A program made the translations under genes and the position numbers. A DNA stretch of 64,000 nt from a virus: the IMG/VR virus record IMGVR_UViG_3300005841_000032, positions 1-64,000 of that record; one strand, written 5' to 3'. The notes under the pieces were generated by a model that saw only the letters and a list, made by a program, of their open reading frames with translations, ran no database searches and had not been told where the DNA came from. How positions within the stretch are numbered: the stretch's first letter is position 1; the number at the start of each line of letters is the position of its first letter. Below are positions 47,070-57,435 of this stretch, in pieces.

Positions 47070-48500
47070 TTATTCTAATAATATTCCGTCACCGCTTTCA
47101 AGTAAAAAATGCCCCTCATTTTCCAAAGCCAAATAAAATGTTTCAATCACAGGGGCAACTGAAATTTCATTCAAAAATAATGTAGCAAAAGCGGTATTAT
47201 AATTAATGAATGTTTTTCTTAAAAATACCCTTATTTCATCATTAGTATATCTTCCGTTTTTATTGTCTCCGATAACATCAATGAAATTTTTATTATTTAA
47301 ATAACATCTATCATAGGGTAATGAACATGGAGTTATTTTTACATTCCATATGAAAATAGAAGGTTGCATATCGTATGCGCTATCACTACTAGCCCCAAGA
47401 TCAACGTCTATTGAAGTTGAATCAAAATTGTCTTGCTCGCTATCCTGATCATCGCTATTATTTGTATCAAAAAATATTTGCGGTATTATTTTAACCGCAT
47501 TTTCAGGAAATTTTAATTGATGGCCAAAACCTATATTTAGTCTCGCATCATTTTCCGATAATGTACCCTTGTCTTTATTATAAATTATACCTCTTACAAA
47601 ATACCATGTTCCTGTTTTATTCAACCGTCTAGTTTCAAAGAAAAATTTACTGTCGGTGTTGTCTATTATATTCTTTAATGAAATTTCATTTCCATTTACA
47701 TCAAAACATTTACAGCCAAACGTTATATTTTCATTTGTTATATCTTGCGCTACATAAAATGAAATCTCAAAATCTAAACGAGGATCAATTGTTCTTCTTT
47801 TACCTATATCGTCACCACCTATTCCAGAATCACTTATTGGCTGTTCAATTTCCATACAACGTTTACCTCTATAAGTAGTGATGAAAACATTTTCTGGAGT
47901 AATTAATGGATATAAACTAGAATCTTCTATATCTTCTGTGTATTCGTAACTGGAGTTAAGATCATATCTTCCAGTATTGCCCTTGAACAAGGGAGAACAA
48001 TTATCTATATTCCATCCATTTTTATGTACTTGGAATCCTCCTAGTTTAAAATATGTAAGATCATTCCAATTAAACAATCGCAAAATCTCTCCGTCTGGTA
48101 TATCATCTTCTTGTGAAACTTCAATAGATTTTATTCCACCCCTTTGCAACCTAAGTCGCAATGAATTAGACATTTCATAAAATAAATGATTAATGGACTC
48201 TGTGTTTGAAGTGAACAATCCATGTTGCACTAGATACTCATTCAAAAGAAAATCGTCATCTGTAAAGGTTTCAAATTCTCTAGTCAATTGCACAAGATAG
48301 CCCCAAAATACTGCGATTGGGAAATAATAATTTTCAAAATCAGTTGCTCCTATTTGTTCATCTTCTCTTAAAATGTATTCCGCTACCCCGCCATTAGCTT
48401 TAAGTTTTTCTAATACATTATTAGCCCAATTCTGAACATCTGCTGAATCAGCATCAAAATAAGGCTTAAATATACTTGAATCAAAAAACTTAGTTGTCAT
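47070..48500 (-). CDS. Baseplate protein
   Basis: Follows baseplate J; C-terminal LALENEGHFLLESGDGILLE. Confidence 0.6.
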   Translation of the reverse strand: MTTKFFDSSIFKPYFDADSADVQNWANNVLEKLKANGGVAEYILREDEQIGATDFENYYFPIAVFWGYLVQLTREFETFTDDDFLLNEYLVQHGLFTSNTESINHLFYEMSNSLRLRLQRGGIKSIEVSQEDDIPDGEILRLFNWNDLTYFKLGGFQVHKNGWNIDNCSPLFKGNTGRYDLNSSYEYTEDIEDSSLYPLITPENVFITTYRGKRCMEIEQPISDSGIGGDDIGKRRTIDPRLDFEISFYVAQDITNENITFGCKCFDVNGNEISLKNIIDNTDSKFFFETRRLNKTGTWYFVRGIIYNKDKGTLSENDARLNIGFGHQLKFPENAVKIIPQIFFDTNNSDDQDSEQDNFDSTSIDVDLGASSDSAYDMQPSIFIWNVKITPCSLPYDRCYLNNKNFIDVIGDNKNGRYTNDEIRVFLRKTFINYNTAFATLFLNEISVAPVIETFYLALENEGHFLLESGDGILLE

Positions 48501-48502
48501 GA

Positions 48503-49717
48503 TTATAAAACTGTTGCGCTTAAATTAACTGATATCTCCTGATCATAAAAAATTGGATTTACAACCTCTGTTCCTTGACTTATCATTACGTTACCAAATA
48601 AATCTCTAGCTATAAAGCCTCTAAATCTTGGAAATTCATTTGCTTTTAAAGTTATATCTACATTTGGGGTAAAATATCTATCAGCAACACTTTTTACACC
48701 ATCAACATTTATTACAATGGAAAGCAATTTATCCCACTCTATTTTATTCAATGAGCTATCCCAAAATCTAAAATCTACAAGCTTACTAAACTTTTGTTGA
48801 ATATCAATAACTACATCACTGAAACTTACACCTGTAAATAATTCTATGCGCATATCTACATCAATAGGAAAATAAGTTACATTTTTCAATTTAACTCCAT
48901 AGCTTTTTGTTCCTATTGGATTTAATTCAGTTAATGCAAAATATTGACTTCCTTGTTCCAGTAATGTATTTAATTCATCATCATTTAAATCAATACCATT
49001 GACCGTAAGTATAGATAATGTCGCTTTTCCATTTTGATCTATCCCATCAAAAACAACTCTTAAAACATTGCTATTAATTTTTATAAATGCTTGCGTTAAA
49101 TATGATAACGTGTCCTGAGCTAAAATATCCGGCCCCTCTTTTATTCTTTGCAAAAACGTTGCGTCATCTTCAACATCTCTCCCACCTTTTGCTCCATATT
49201 CATTTATTACAGCAATATGCCCCGATGGCTCTGGTGAAATATTTATAATGGTATACGGATCAACATTAGAGCTACCACTAGATTGTTGCGATCTTACCTT
49301 TACATAATCATATCCCTTAACACCTATAGTTAAATCGCTTTCAAGATCAAATATATTACCCTTATTATCTGATACCGTATTTATTCCAGCTTCATAAAAC
49401 GTTCCTTCATTTGCCACCATTCTTACCCATGTAGACGATTGAGCAGCATTAAATCTAGGAGCTATTCCTAACATTTCAGCTACACTATCCAAGGTAGAAT
49501 CAAAAGCAAGATCGGGGTACAAATGGGATACTGCTAAAACAATATCTTTTAATGCTTTCTTTGCCGTTCTTACGTTTCCCCTAATTAATCCACGCAAAGC
49601 AGAATGGTCTGAAACTTTGGTTATCTTATTCTGCGAGTTATTAATAAATGATTCAATGTGAATTGACTCTAATTCCTGACTAGTAGCTTGTCTAATTATA
49701 TTTTTTGCATTTGGCAT
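48503..49717 (-). CDS. Baseplate J-like wedge protein
   Basis: A....LD..A...GI..R..A, GG.D.EDD..F..RI, V.GV..V. Confidence 0.85.
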   Translation of the reverse strand: MPNAKNIIRQATSQELESIHIESFINNSQNKITKVSDHSALRGLIRGNVRTAKKALKDIVLAVSHLYPDLAFDSTLDSVAEMLGIAPRFNAAQSSTWVRMVANEGTFYEAGINTVSDNKGNIFDLESDLTIGVKGYDYVKVRSQQSSGSSNVDPYTIINISPEPSGHIAVINEYGAKGGRDVEDDATFLQRIKEGPDILAQDTLSYLTQAFIKINSNVLRVVFDGIDQNGKATLSILTVNGIDLNDDELNTLLEQGSQYFALTELNPIGTKSYGVKLKNVTYFPIDVDMRIELFTGVSFSDVVIDIQQKFSKLVDFRFWDSSLNKIEWDKLLSIVINVDGVKSVADRYFTPNVDITLKANEFPRFRGFIARDLFGNVMISQGTEVVNPIFYDQEISVNLSATVL

Positions 49718-49718
49718 A

Positions 49719-50651
49719 TTATAATGGTAATGATTGAGATATTATTTCTCTTGATCTTGTTTCTACTTCAAACTCTACAAATATTGCATCAGCATCTTTT
49801 TTTATATCCTTTATGGTGAAAGATTTAAAACAATCATCAGTAGCAAAATTTCCCGATATTTGTCTAAATATTGTAGGATAAGAAAGTGCAGCTATGGTGC
49901 CCCCTTTAAAATTCAACCCCCTATCTGAAAAGTCAGGATCGTCTCCCCTTTTTAAATCAGTAAGAATTTTTGCACTTTGAATTAATGTATCATTATAACT
50001 TAAACAAGTTAGATCCGATTCAACTGTATCAATTATTATACGTCTATCTATATCTTTCCCGTATGTTTTTTCTACTGTATCGATGTTATCAATAACAGAA
50101 TTCAATACAATGGCTGAATTGTTCTTGTAAATGACTTTAATTAAATACCCCCCTGACAATGTATAATCTTCTTCTCTTAATTGATTTTGTAATGCAGTGT
50201 CAATCCAGCTATCAGGGTCATTTGATTTTAAAATATCTCTTTCTAATTCTTCAAGTCCCTGATTTTGTGATGTGGTAGTAGTCATCACTACACTTCTTCT
50301 AAATCCATCTCTAGTTTGACTTGATTTTAACCAAATATCAGAATTAAATGCTGTTTCAAGTGCATTTCCAATATCTTCAATATATTCAGTAACTACCCAA
50401 AATTCATAGTTAGCAAGTATATTGGAATTAAGATTTATTATTTCAATTACTCTATTTTGTTCCTTGATTAAATTATCAAGCCTCTTTAATTCATCTTTAG
50501 GATTTATATCTGAAAATCCAGAATAATAATTTGCTATCGTTGAATAATCAATTTCAATGAATGAAATATAATCTGCTAAAAATTGACTTATGTCATATTT
50601 TGTAACAGACTCAAAATCGTCTAATATTTGATCAGTTATTTGTTCGTTCAC
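49719..50651 (-). CDS. Baseplate wedge protein (gp25-like C-terminus)
   Basis: Position before J; YGKDID, RGD.P. Confidence 0.55.
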   Translation of the reverse strand: MNEQITDQILDDFESVTKYDISQFLADYISFIEIDYSTIANYYSGFSDINPKDELKRLDNLIKEQNRVIEIINLNSNILANYEFWVVTEYIEDIGNALETAFNSDIWLKSSQTRDGFRRSVVMTTTTSQNQGLEELERDILKSNDPDSWIDTALQNQLREEDYTLSGGYLIKVIYKNNSAIVLNSVIDNIDTVEKTYGKDIDRRIIIDTVESDLTCLSYNDTLIQSAKILTDLKRGDDPDFSDRGLNFKGGTIAALSYPTIFRQISGNFATDDCFKSFTIKDIKKDADAIFVEFEVETRSREIISQSLPL

Positions 50652-51424
50652 CTTCTTATCAATTTTTTCAATTTACTAACCGACTTCAAATTAGATACAA
50701 TACTATTAGCTGTCTTTTGCAATGAGGAAAATGAAAGATTCTTAATAGCTGATTTTATATTGGACAATCTTGACAGTATACTGTCTAATGGCGCAACCGC
50801 CACTAGTTGTAAACTATATGCGGGTAACATATTATTTTCATTCTCATTTTGCGTATGAGTAAAATTAATCACCTCCACTTGGTAATTGTTGCCTAATATA
50901 GGATTATAAAAATATAAAGAATGCGGTTTACCATTTTCGTCTAATTGTTTAGACTTCTCTTTCATTGATTCTAAAATCTTAATGCATCCATATCCCGTCT
51001 TAGCAATAGAACTAAATTCTGGAATACGTTGCTGCAATAAATTTGGAGGCGTTATTTTTGGCACTCCATTGTTAAGCGATAATCTAAATCCAGCTAATTC
51101 TACCCTTGTATTATTTACAAGTAATTTAAAGCGTCTACCAAATGTCCCCGAAATATTTATTGTGCTGGGTGTAAATGTTGTATTTTTCAATACGTATACT
51201 CCACCTATAGTCTTTCTTACATTAGTAATTTCTTGTTGAGTTTCTCTTATTTCTTTTGGCAATACAGGCCAAGCAAAGTAATCTACAACATCACCGTTTG
51301 AATTTACAAGTTCTAACGCAAGCAAATAGAATTCGACGTCATTCGAATAAATTGCATTAAGAGCGCCTCTTCCAAGTTCCTTAATTTTCTGATTAAAACT
51401 TAATTCTACAGCTTCTTTTGACAC
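50648..51424 (-). CDS. Baseplate hub/tube-initiator-like protein
   Basis: F.WPV.P..I, KT.GG, INISGTFG, Y.LQL. Confidence 0.55.
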   Translation of the reverse strand: MSKEAVELSFNQKIKELGRGALNAIYSNDVEFYLLALELVNSNGDVVDYFAWPVLPKEIRETQQEITNVRKTIGGVYVLKNTTFTPSTINISGTFGRRFKLLVNNTRVELAGFRLSLNNGVPKITPPNLLQQRIPEFSSIAKTGYGCIKILESMKEKSKQLDENGKPHSLYFYNPILGNNYQVEVINFTHTQNENENNMLPAYSLQLVAVAPLDSILSRLSNIKSAIKNLSFSSLQKTANSIVSNLKSVSKLKKLIRR

Positions 51425-51428
51425 TATT

Positions 51429-51447
51429 TAAAAATACGAAAATGGCG
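51429..51447 (-). promoter_or_regulatory. Putative late promoter CGCCATTTTCGTATTTTTA
   Basis: Recurring intergenic motif; 4 nt before GTG 51424. Confidence 0.55.
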
Positions 51448-51449
51448 TT

Positions 51450-51680
51450 TTATGAAAGTGTGCCTGTTCCGGGTGCCGTTGTGGCCCCTGTTCCCGCAGG
51501 CACAGCTACAACTACAGGAATTCCAGCTGATACAGTTATCGTTGCAGACTTTATTGAAGCTTCGATTATATTGGCAAGCCCTGTGCAAAATGCTTCCTGA
51601 GCTTGTTTTTGCTCTAACCCCTTTGTTTGTTCAATAAGAGTGTTTATTTGAGCTTTTATGGTTGAATTTACTATTGGCAT
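51450..51680 (-). CDS. Small spike-tip-like protein
   Basis: Gly/Ala/Thr-rich 76 aa directly after the spike gene. Confidence 0.45.
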   Translation of the reverse strand: MPIVNSTIKAQINTLIEQTKGLEQKQAQEAFCTGLANIIEASIKSATITVSAGIPVVVAVPAGTGATTAPGTGTLS

Positions 51681-51683
51681 ATT

Positions 51684-52499
51684 TTATTGAACAAATGACT
51701 TTTGACTTTTTAAATCTTCCAGTTGCTCTTTTAATTGAAGATATTCAGTAGAACTTCTTAGCGGATAAGGTCCCGCCGAATCATTTCCTAACGTATTTAA
51801 AATTGATTCTAAAAGACTTACTGTTTTATTCCCCCTAAGTATAGGTTCATCAGATTCGTTTAATTGCACTGTATTAGAATTAATTAAACACCCATTCTCA
51901 TCTATTTGTATTGATATTGGTTCACTTACGCTATCCTTTTTATATTCTACCTTAAAACTAGTTGATGTTTTTATAGAAGTTACTCCATCGTTCACTATTT
52001 CTATATCTCCGTTAACATTAACGTTCAATTTACCTCCTCTATCTTTATTTGTAACTTTTATTTCCAAATTTCCACTTCCTTGATCGCCATCTACTGAAAG
52101 TATAATTTTTCCTCTTCCGTCTATAATAATTCCAGCCGTTCCAATTCCATTCTTTTTTATAAATCTAAATTGATCTTCCTTTTGAAATTGATATTGTTGA
52201 GGTGTATTAAAAACATCCATTACATAAAGTTTACCACTATAGGGAGCTTTAACACAAATTACATCAGAGCCAAAATCATCTATGGAATTTGGAAAATCAA
52301 CAAGTTGCAAAGCTATTTTACCTATTCTTATATTATGTTGATATTCCCCATTTTCATTTGAGATGGTTACTGTATTCGTAAGATAACAATTTTTAATATA
52401 AACTTCTCTGTCTACATCGATAGGCATAGCAATTCTCCACTCTGAAATATCATAGCGATTATCTGTCATGCCTACTGTTCCTATGCCATTGCTACTCAT
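51684..52499 (-). CDS. Baseplate central spike (gpV/gp5-like)
   Basis: Beta-repeat C-terminus, EP.LRG; follows hub. Confidence 0.6.
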   Translation of the reverse strand: MSSNGIGTVGMTDNRYDISEWRIAMPIDVDREVYIKNCYLTNTVTISNENGEYQHNIRIGKIALQLVDFPNSIDDFGSDVICVKAPYSGKLYVMDVFNTPQQYQFQKEDQFRFIKKNGIGTAGIIIDGRGKIILSVDGDQGSGNLEIKVTNKDRGGKLNVNVNGDIEIVNDGVTSIKTSTSFKVEYKKDSVSEPISIQIDENGCLINSNTVQLNESDEPILRGNKTVSLLESILNTLGNDSAGPYPLRSSTEYLQLKEQLEDLKSQKSFVQ

Positions 52500-54862
52500 T
52501 TAACAAATTGTCTACGCTGTAAAAAAAAGTTAAAAATGTTGCGATTTACACTCCAGTTCTTTAAAAATCCTGAATTTTTTATAGAAGCATTTGTGTCAAT
52601 GGAGGTATTGATAATATCAAAGTAACTAACCTTTTCCGGTTTAGCTCCAAATAATTCTACCTTGCCCTTAATATATTTTTCTATCATTCCTCTACTTACT
52701 GTTAAAATTGTATAACGGTCATTTAAAGTTCTTACATTTCTTACAGCGTCAACATAAAAAATTTCATCAGTTGGAACATAATAAATCATCATTCCAGATT
52801 TTATTCTTCTATCTCCATTTATAGTAATAGTTCCTTGTCTTGTAAATGGCAAATACGCATGACTTTGAATAATGTATTGTAAATCATAAAAAGCTTGAGA
52901 TTCAGCATACTCCATTTCTTTTTTTGTTACGCTGCTATCAATAAATTCCGTAGGCGAATAATTATACTCTATTTCATAAGATTTGTTGCCAAATACCTCC
53001 GCATATTCATCAAATACCACAATAGAGGCAAGCATAAAAGAAGACAATTCACTTCTTACTCCTAAACCTCTAGGGATTATTCTATACCATGAGTAAGCGT
53101 CATTGCTATAGCTTAAACTATCATTTATTATATCTTGTTCCTTTATATCTATTACTAAATCACTAATAAGAGACTCTCTACCCAATCTAGTATCTTTTAC
53201 AGATATTGTCGGCAACACAATTGCATTGTTTATTTCTGGTACTGAATTTCTACTTATGTTTCTAAGGCCCTTTTTTATCGAGCTTGTCAAATAATTTTTA
53301 GTTCTTGAAATATTGCCAAGAACGTTTATTCCATCTTTAATATCTTCTACTTCAACATCTTTATAAACCATACCTCTATATCCTTGAGCGTCAAATGGCA
53401 TTTTGCGAACTATGAAATAATATTTATCTCCATAAGTATCGCCCCTAAATTCAACAAATGGTTCTTGACAAACTTTTTTTATACTGTTAATAATGCTTCC
53501 ATTATCAGTGGAAATTGAATTATCCGCTAATACTCTATTGGCTGCGCTAGGATCAAAAACAAATTCAATTATTCTCCAAAGCCCTTGCCTTTCTTCTTGT
53601 AAAAATTTATTATTTAACGATTGTACAATGGTATTGTCTGTTACGATACTGTATTTTTTTGCTTGCGCCCTTAATCCATATGAATTAAAAACACTATTTG
53701 GAATTAACCCAATGCTGGAAAACTTATTGAAAATATATTTTAAGATTGTGCTTACGGGCTTAAAACTAGTTGCCGCTGCGCTAAGAAATCTGGATTCAGC
53801 CTCTATTAAATTTCTTTGTGTTAATATACTATCCGGATTATTAAATATTTGCGCTCCTATTTGCTCTGGGAAAAATATCGATCCGTCTTCTACTAATAAT
53901 TTCATCAAATCTCTACCGGATACAGTGATATTCTTATCTCTTGAACTGCTACTTGTATTAACTACATCAATTAGTCCAATCATATCGTATATGTTGCCCG
54001 GAACATCTTGGGGACCAAATGAACGGTCAAATAACTTATTTCTTTTTTCTGATTCCAAACCTTCAAACCTTATATATACAAGATCGTTTTCCTGTAATAC
54101 TTTATCGAATAAAAAGTCGTTTCGTCTTAAAAAACTATCATTTTTAATCTCATATTTAGATATACTAGCAGTCGAAAGTATATCTTCTCTTATTCCGCCT
54201 GAATTACGTCCAATTACATTATCCATAACCCACCCAGCCACTTTATCATAAACAGCAGCAACAGGCGTTAACCCTAATGCAAAAGAACCTAATTGACCAT
54301 TTACACTTGTTTCAGCATATTCCACAAATGAAGAAATGTCATACCAGTAACCTTCTTGATAATTACTTCCTATAAAAGTTGAGGAACGAATCCAAATATA
54401 AACAGATATATCATTGATTTGTTCTTTTAATATTTCCTGATCATTTTGATTTTTTATTATTGATATATAATTGGGATCAGTAAATAAATCTCTTAATGCC
54501 TTTGCAATAAAAGGTTTATAATCAGTTAGCTTTATTGTGTCGGGTACAATATTTGATTTTGTTACTTGCCTTTTTATTACTCCATTAGACAATACAACAG
54601 AAGTCCCTGACTTTATAATCAAATTTTCAGGAATGGTTTTGCTAAAAAGTTCTAATTCCTCTTTGGTATAATGAGATATTATTCTTTGATAATTATTCTT
54701 ATCTAATTGATCTATAAATTGGCCCGCAGAAGTGATTTTAACAATTAAAGTATCAATAAATTTTTTTGCAGTAAAATCAGGAGCTAATTCAAATTGTGAA
54801 AGGAACTCGCCTACAGTTTGCTCATCATCTACGCAAAATTCATTAAGGTCATTAATTAACAT
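52496..54862 (-). CDS. Baseplate hub protein
   Basis: VSGRD.MK.L, EPF.E, R..PF, GTIT.NGD.RI..G, FYVD.V; after tape measure. Confidence 0.7.
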   Translation of the reverse strand: MLINDLNEFCVDDEQTVGEFLSQFELAPDFTAKKFIDTLIVKITSAGQFIDQLDKNNYQRIISHYTKEELELFSKTIPENLIIKSGTSVVLSNGVIKRQVTKSNIVPDTIKLTDYKPFIAKALRDLFTDPNYISIIKNQNDQEILKEQINDISVYIWIRSSTFIGSNYQEGYWYDISSFVEYAETSVNGQLGSFALGLTPVAAVYDKVAGWVMDNVIGRNSGGIREDILSTASISKYEIKNDSFLRRNDFLFDKVLQENDLVYIRFEGLESEKRNKLFDRSFGPQDVPGNIYDMIGLIDVVNTSSSSRDKNITVSGRDLMKLLVEDGSIFFPEQIGAQIFNNPDSILTQRNLIEAESRFLSAAATSFKPVSTILKYIFNKFSSIGLIPNSVFNSYGLRAQAKKYSIVTDNTIVQSLNNKFLQEERQGLWRIIEFVFDPSAANRVLADNSISTDNGSIINSIKKVCQEPFVEFRGDTYGDKYYFIVRKMPFDAQGYRGMVYKDVEVEDIKDGINVLGNISRTKNYLTSSIKKGLRNISRNSVPEINNAIVLPTISVKDTRLGRESLISDLVIDIKEQDIINDSLSYSNDAYSWYRIIPRGLGVRSELSSFMLASIVVFDEYAEVFGNKSYEIEYNYSPTEFIDSSVTKKEMEYAESQAFYDLQYIIQSHAYLPFTRQGTITINGDRRIKSGMMIYYVPTDEIFYVDAVRNVRTLNDRYTILTVSRGMIEKYIKGKVELFGAKPEKVSYFDIINTSIDTNASIKNSGFLKNWSVNRNIFNFFLQRRQFVK

Positions 54863-56676
54863 TAGTGATAATAAGTTTTTGGACTAGTTCCTGCCGTTGG
54901 AACATAATCAACTGAACTGCCATCTTTATTGTAGTATCTATCTTTACCTTTTTCTAATGGCTTTTTACTGCCCACTGCATTATGTTTAATAACAGTTTTA
55001 TCATCACTACTTGTTAAATCAGGAAATTTAAATTTTTCTCTAAAATGTTCAGCGGCCTTATCTATTGCTTGACTAAATCTTTTTTCAAATTGCGATTCTA
55101 GTTCAATAATGCCCTCCATAAATCCATCTATAAATGCATCAGTTACTCTTGCTGCATCCTTTTGTTGCGTTGAAGTATATTTTTCAGATTCGCTTTTTAT
55201 AACATTATCAGGAATCAATTTTTGAATTTCACTTGGACTCATTGATCCTATTTTATCCCCCTGTGCAAATAATCTATCTATAGCTTCAGACGGTAAATTA
55301 AATTCACTTTTAGCAATAAATTTTTGATATGATTCACTAGCAGAACTACTTCTAATCATTTTCATCATTTCTTGCAAATAACCTGGGGTTTGTATACCTT
55401 GCTCTTGCATTTTTTGAAGCTCCCACATATCAGCATTGGGCTTTAATGATCTTAAAACAGAATAGCTCATTGCTTGCGAAAATGGAGTTTGCGGATTACT
55501 TAATCCAGAATTAATTTTATCAATATTAGACAATGAACGAGGATCGCCAATAGAAAACATTCCACCTATTCTATTAAATTCATACATTAATCTAGTTGCA
55601 TCTGATCCAGAAACATTTTCTTTTGTTTCAGAAAACTTTTGCAATAATTGAGTTTGAGTTTTTATAGCATCGCTGAATCTTGATCTATCCAATCCCTCTG
55701 CTATACCAACGCCCAAGGCTCTTTGAACATTTATTTTTGCACTGCCTCCTCCGCTACGTTCCATTCCAAATGCAGATAATGTAGCGTCTTCGCCAACACC
55801 AAATCCTCTTTGTAAGCCAAGCACCATTGCAGCATTCCCACTAGCATTATTAGTTGATCCACTTGCAAGAGAAATTCGACTCATTGCCTCTTTAACTGCA
55901 ATAGAATCAAATCCCGAATTTGCCATATTTACTCCTTCTCCCCTACCTCCAATAGCATTAAAACCAAATGTAGCTTGTTGGAATTTATCTAATGTCCTAA
56001 AATGCCTAACAACTGCATCAGCTGCCATTCCAGATAAATCTTTACCGAATTGCATTCCAATAGCAGAAAAATTAGTTTGACCGGCTCCCGTTCCTAAAAT
56101 TTTAGTTCCAGCCAATGCATCCATGCCGGTGCCAACTAATCCACCAGCAAGTCCTCCGGTTATTTGAGCAAACGGGGAAACTATATCCAATCCAGTTTCA
56201 GAATTCACAGAATTTTTTAACAATCCTGCTATGTCCCTTAAAAATCCGGCTTTTAAAACTTCTGAAAAAATATTTTTTTCTTCTTTCGGCCCATTTGATT
56301 TATTAAAATCTTGCGCTCCCCTTATTGATTTTTCTTCCCCCTTAATGCCATTAAGTTCATTTTGCAATCTTTGAATTTTTCTTTCTGCTGCTACCCTTTC
56401 TGCCCTATCTTCAAAAGAGTCTCCTAATCCACTTACTATTGATTTGGCTTGTTTTAATTTTTCTTGAGTTATTTCTTTTTGAACTTTAAGAAATTCCCTA
56501 GAAGCTTTTAACTGATCTTCAATTATCTTGAATTGTTCCTTCTGATTCTTAGTTTGTTTCGCAGCTTCATTGGCAAACGATTCATACATAGTTTTAGAAT
56601 CCGATTGCAATTTTTTCATGAATGCAGTTAACTCACTACCTTCTGCCGAAAACTTAATTTTCTTTTCTTCTGCCAT
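54862..56676 (-). CDS. Tape measure protein
   Basis: Helical Ala/Gly-rich 604 aa after chaperone genes. Confidence 0.7.
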   Translation of the reverse strand: MAEEKKIKFSAEGSELTAFMKKLQSDSKTMYESFANEAAKQTKNQKEQFKIIEDQLKASREFLKVQKEITQEKLKQAKSIVSGLGDSFEDRAERVAAERKIQRLQNELNGIKGEEKSIRGAQDFNKSNGPKEEKNIFSEVLKAGFLRDIAGLLKNSVNSETGLDIVSPFAQITGGLAGGLVGTGMDALAGTKILGTGAGQTNFSAIGMQFGKDLSGMAADAVVRHFRTLDKFQQATFGFNAIGGRGEGVNMANSGFDSIAVKEAMSRISLASGSTNNASGNAAMVLGLQRGFGVGEDATLSAFGMERSGGGSAKINVQRALGVGIAEGLDRSRFSDAIKTQTQLLQKFSETKENVSGSDATRLMYEFNRIGGMFSIGDPRSLSNIDKINSGLSNPQTPFSQAMSYSVLRSLKPNADMWELQKMQEQGIQTPGYLQEMMKMIRSSSASESYQKFIAKSEFNLPSEAIDRLFAQGDKIGSMSPSEIQKLIPDNVIKSESEKYTSTQQKDAARVTDAFIDGFMEGIIELESQFEKRFSQAIDKAAEHFREKFKFPDLTSSDDKTVIKHNAVGSKKPLEKGKDRYYNKDGSSVDYVPTAGTSPKTYYH

Positions 56677-56679
56677 TAT

Positions 56680-56964
56680 CTAAAAATCTTTCAAATCAAT
56701 CTTATCAAACGCTTCTATCAATTTTTCTTTATTTACTATACTTTCACTGATCCAGCCATCTTTTTTAAATCTTTCTTCACGCCTCTTCTCTTCCTCTCTT
56801 TCAGTAAAGAATTCTTTTATTAAATTATCTTCAATATATTCAAAATGAATATCTAATTGGTTGGCGCTTCTATGCTGCTCACTATTAAATGAAACATTAT
56901 ATTTTTTCCTCCACCAAAAGTCACGCTTCCAATCGTTATCCCATTTTAATACAAACTCTCTCAC
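56680..56964 (-). CDS. Tail assembly chaperone 2
   Basis: Position before the TMP; D.WWR.KY. Confidence 0.55.
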   Translation of the reverse strand: MREFVLKWDNDWKRDFWWRKKYNVSFNSEQHRSANQLDIHFEYIEDNLIKEFFTEREEEKRREERFKKDGWISESIVNKEKLIEAFDKIDLKDF

Positions 56965-57353
56965 TATTCATCTTTCTTTTCTTCTGTCTTTAGTTTTCTA
57001 GCTTCATCATTTAAAGCTTCTCTCCATTCCTCCATCCAAGCATAATAATTCTCATAAGCCTTAACAACTTGCTTAGATTGAAAAAGATCTAAATCAAACA
57101 AAGAGGTAACATTCATATCAGTTTTTAATTCAGGTATAAGTATCTCAAAGGTACAAGCTGATTCTACTGCAAGATAGGCTTCTCGTGAAGCCACACTACC
57201 AAATAATAGATCTTTATGCATTCCGTTTGTTACGTGTAATTTTCTAACTTCTATATCGATTAATTTGGCATTCTTAGGAAAGGCAATAGAATAAGTATTC
57301 GGACCTATGGTGACCTTCAATTCTCTAGGTGGTAGTTTCTTTGCTTCTGTCAT
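56964..57353 (-). CDS. Tail assembly chaperone 1
   Basis: Position between tube and TMP. Confidence 0.6.
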   Translation of the reverse strand: MTEAKKLPPRELKVTIGPNTYSIAFPKNAKLIDIEVRKLHVTNGMHKDLLFGSVASREAYLAVESACTFEILIPELKTDMNVTSLFDLDLFQSKQVVKAYENYYAWMEEWREALNDEARKLKTEEKKDE

Positions 57354-57374
57354 AATTATTTAATTGTGCTTATT

Positions 57375-57413
57375 AAAATTAAAAAGGCTATGGTTTATTT
57401 CATCCATAGCCTT
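57375..57413 (-). terminator. Intrinsic terminator after sheath-tube-HEG
   Basis: AAGGCTATGG-N10-CCATAGCCTT then TTTAATTTT. Confidence 0.7.
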
Positions 57414-57435
57414 AAAAATACGGTTTGTAATTAAC

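Noticed and set aside
53493-54251. 252-aa plus-strand ORF, and other plus-strand ORFs inside large genes
   Set aside because: Fully antisense to coherent phage genes, with no recognisable motifs
56680-57353. Programmed -1 frameshift joining the two tail chaperones
   Set aside because: The downstream ORF is in the -1 frame, but a TGA lies two codons before its GTG in that frame; the TAGTG overlap fits translational coupling
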